Assembly (NCBI GenBank): GCA_040954595.2
Contig: CM082594.2
Location: 10,172,296-10,236,295, forward strand
Source of the DNA: Balanoglossus misakiensis
Taxonomy: Eukaryota; Animalia; Hemichordata
DNA: 64,000 bases
Direction of reading: 5' to 3'
Below the pieces are notes generated by a model. It ran no database searches and had not been told where the DNA came from. It saw only the letters and a list, made by a program, of their open reading frames with translations. Of the stretch, positions 63,013-64,000 are shown one piece after another; the stretch's first letter is position 1; each line of letters begins with the position of its first letter. A program made the translations under genes and the position numbers.

Positions 63013-63987
63013 ATGGATCCAGCATTACTTAGGGAAAGGGAAGCTTTCCGGAAGAAAGCACTGTCTCAGCCAACAGTTGAGAAGAGGAAGGCTAAACCAG
63101 GGGAATCGTCAGTGTCCGCAAAAAAGAAAAAGAGACCTCTACCTCCAAGAGATACAGGTACAGTCATTATTGATAAAGTAGTATTAGATGACTGGCATTT
63201 AGTGGGTGACAATCGTCTTATGTGCCAAACCAGAGATTCTGGTCACAAATATTGTATATAGTGAATATATATTTTGGTTTCTTTTCTTTTCCAGGGTCCG
63301 AATCAAACAAACCTGCTGATCTTAGTTACAAATATTTGAAAGGAAGTTCCAAATATAAGTTTGGTGTTCTTGCAAAGATTGTGAATCACATGAAAGTAAG
63401 TATTGCAACCTGTATTGAGAAGAGTTGTCTACATGAGCCAGTTTTGTTGATTTGGTGTTTTTGTTGTTGTTTATTTGTTCTCCTCCGGTTTGTTCCAGGT
63501 GCGACATCAAAGGGGTGACACATATGCACTGACTATAGAGGAAATCTTGGACGAAACCAATCAGCTTGATGTGATGCAAAAACAGAGACAATGGCTTATG
63601 AATGAGGTAGGTGAACAGTTGTAAATTTCAGTGCGAGTCCCAGCCCTTGATGTAGCATATATCAAGTACTTGGAGGTTTGGAGTTTTGAAAGTGGACCTT
63701 TCATTAGCTGACTCCAAGCACATGCTGTTAGTGCAGTAAAATTCATGGGATAGAGATAATAATACTGAAGAATACAAGCAACAAACTTCTGTGTTTACAG
63801 GCACTGTGCAATAACCCAAAGATCCAAGTTGTGGAGGGACACAAGTATGCATTCAAACCCAAATATGCTCTGAAAGGAAGGAAAGATCTCATGCGATTCC
63901 TGGACCGACAGGATCAACAGGGGCTTGGAGGAATTTTAATGGAAGATGTGCGGGAAAGCATACCCAAGGCAGATAAAGCAGTGGAGG
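63013..63987 (+). CDS. GTF2E2: General transcription factor IIE subunit 2 (TFIIE-beta), continuing beyond the window
   Basis: [26 protein letters not shown]; [14 protein letters not shown]|[20 protein letters not shown]; ALCNNPKI...YAFKP. Exons at approximately 63013-63157, 63294-63395, 63499-63606 and 63801-63987. Confidence 0.96.
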
Positions 63988-64000
63988 TCAGTACTCTGTC

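Overview
Gene-dense, AT-rich, intron-containing animal DNA with GT-AG introns mostly of 80-300 nt. The proteins look like those of a marine invertebrate, possibly a deuterostome, but the species cannot be fixed from this window. Manual splicing gives nine protein-coding genes in order: 3' part of a MEGF10/CED-1-like multi-EGF receptor (+), Rab11 (-), a death-effector-domain Roc-COR (Roco) GTPase with a C-terminal multi-pass membrane segment (-), a MATE/SLC47 transporter (+), an NRAMP/SLC11 transporter (-), PSMD3 (+), NAB (+), a STAT5/6-like STAT (-), and the 5' part of GTF2E2 (+). No rRNA, tRNA, CRISPR array or intact transposase was recognised. The four strongest oddities are: (1) a ~1121-aa DED-Roc-COR protein spliced in frame onto three hydrophobic helices that resemble GPCR TM4-TM6; (2) two duplicated, intact alternative last exons giving Rab11 two different prenylated tails; (3) a 54-bp near-perfect inverted copy of a STAT coding exon inside a downstream STAT intron; (4) a receptor cytoplasmic tail with ~30 tyrosines in tandem YxxP/YxxL-I repeats. 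All exon boundaries are read by eye from splice consensus and reading frame, without transcript data.
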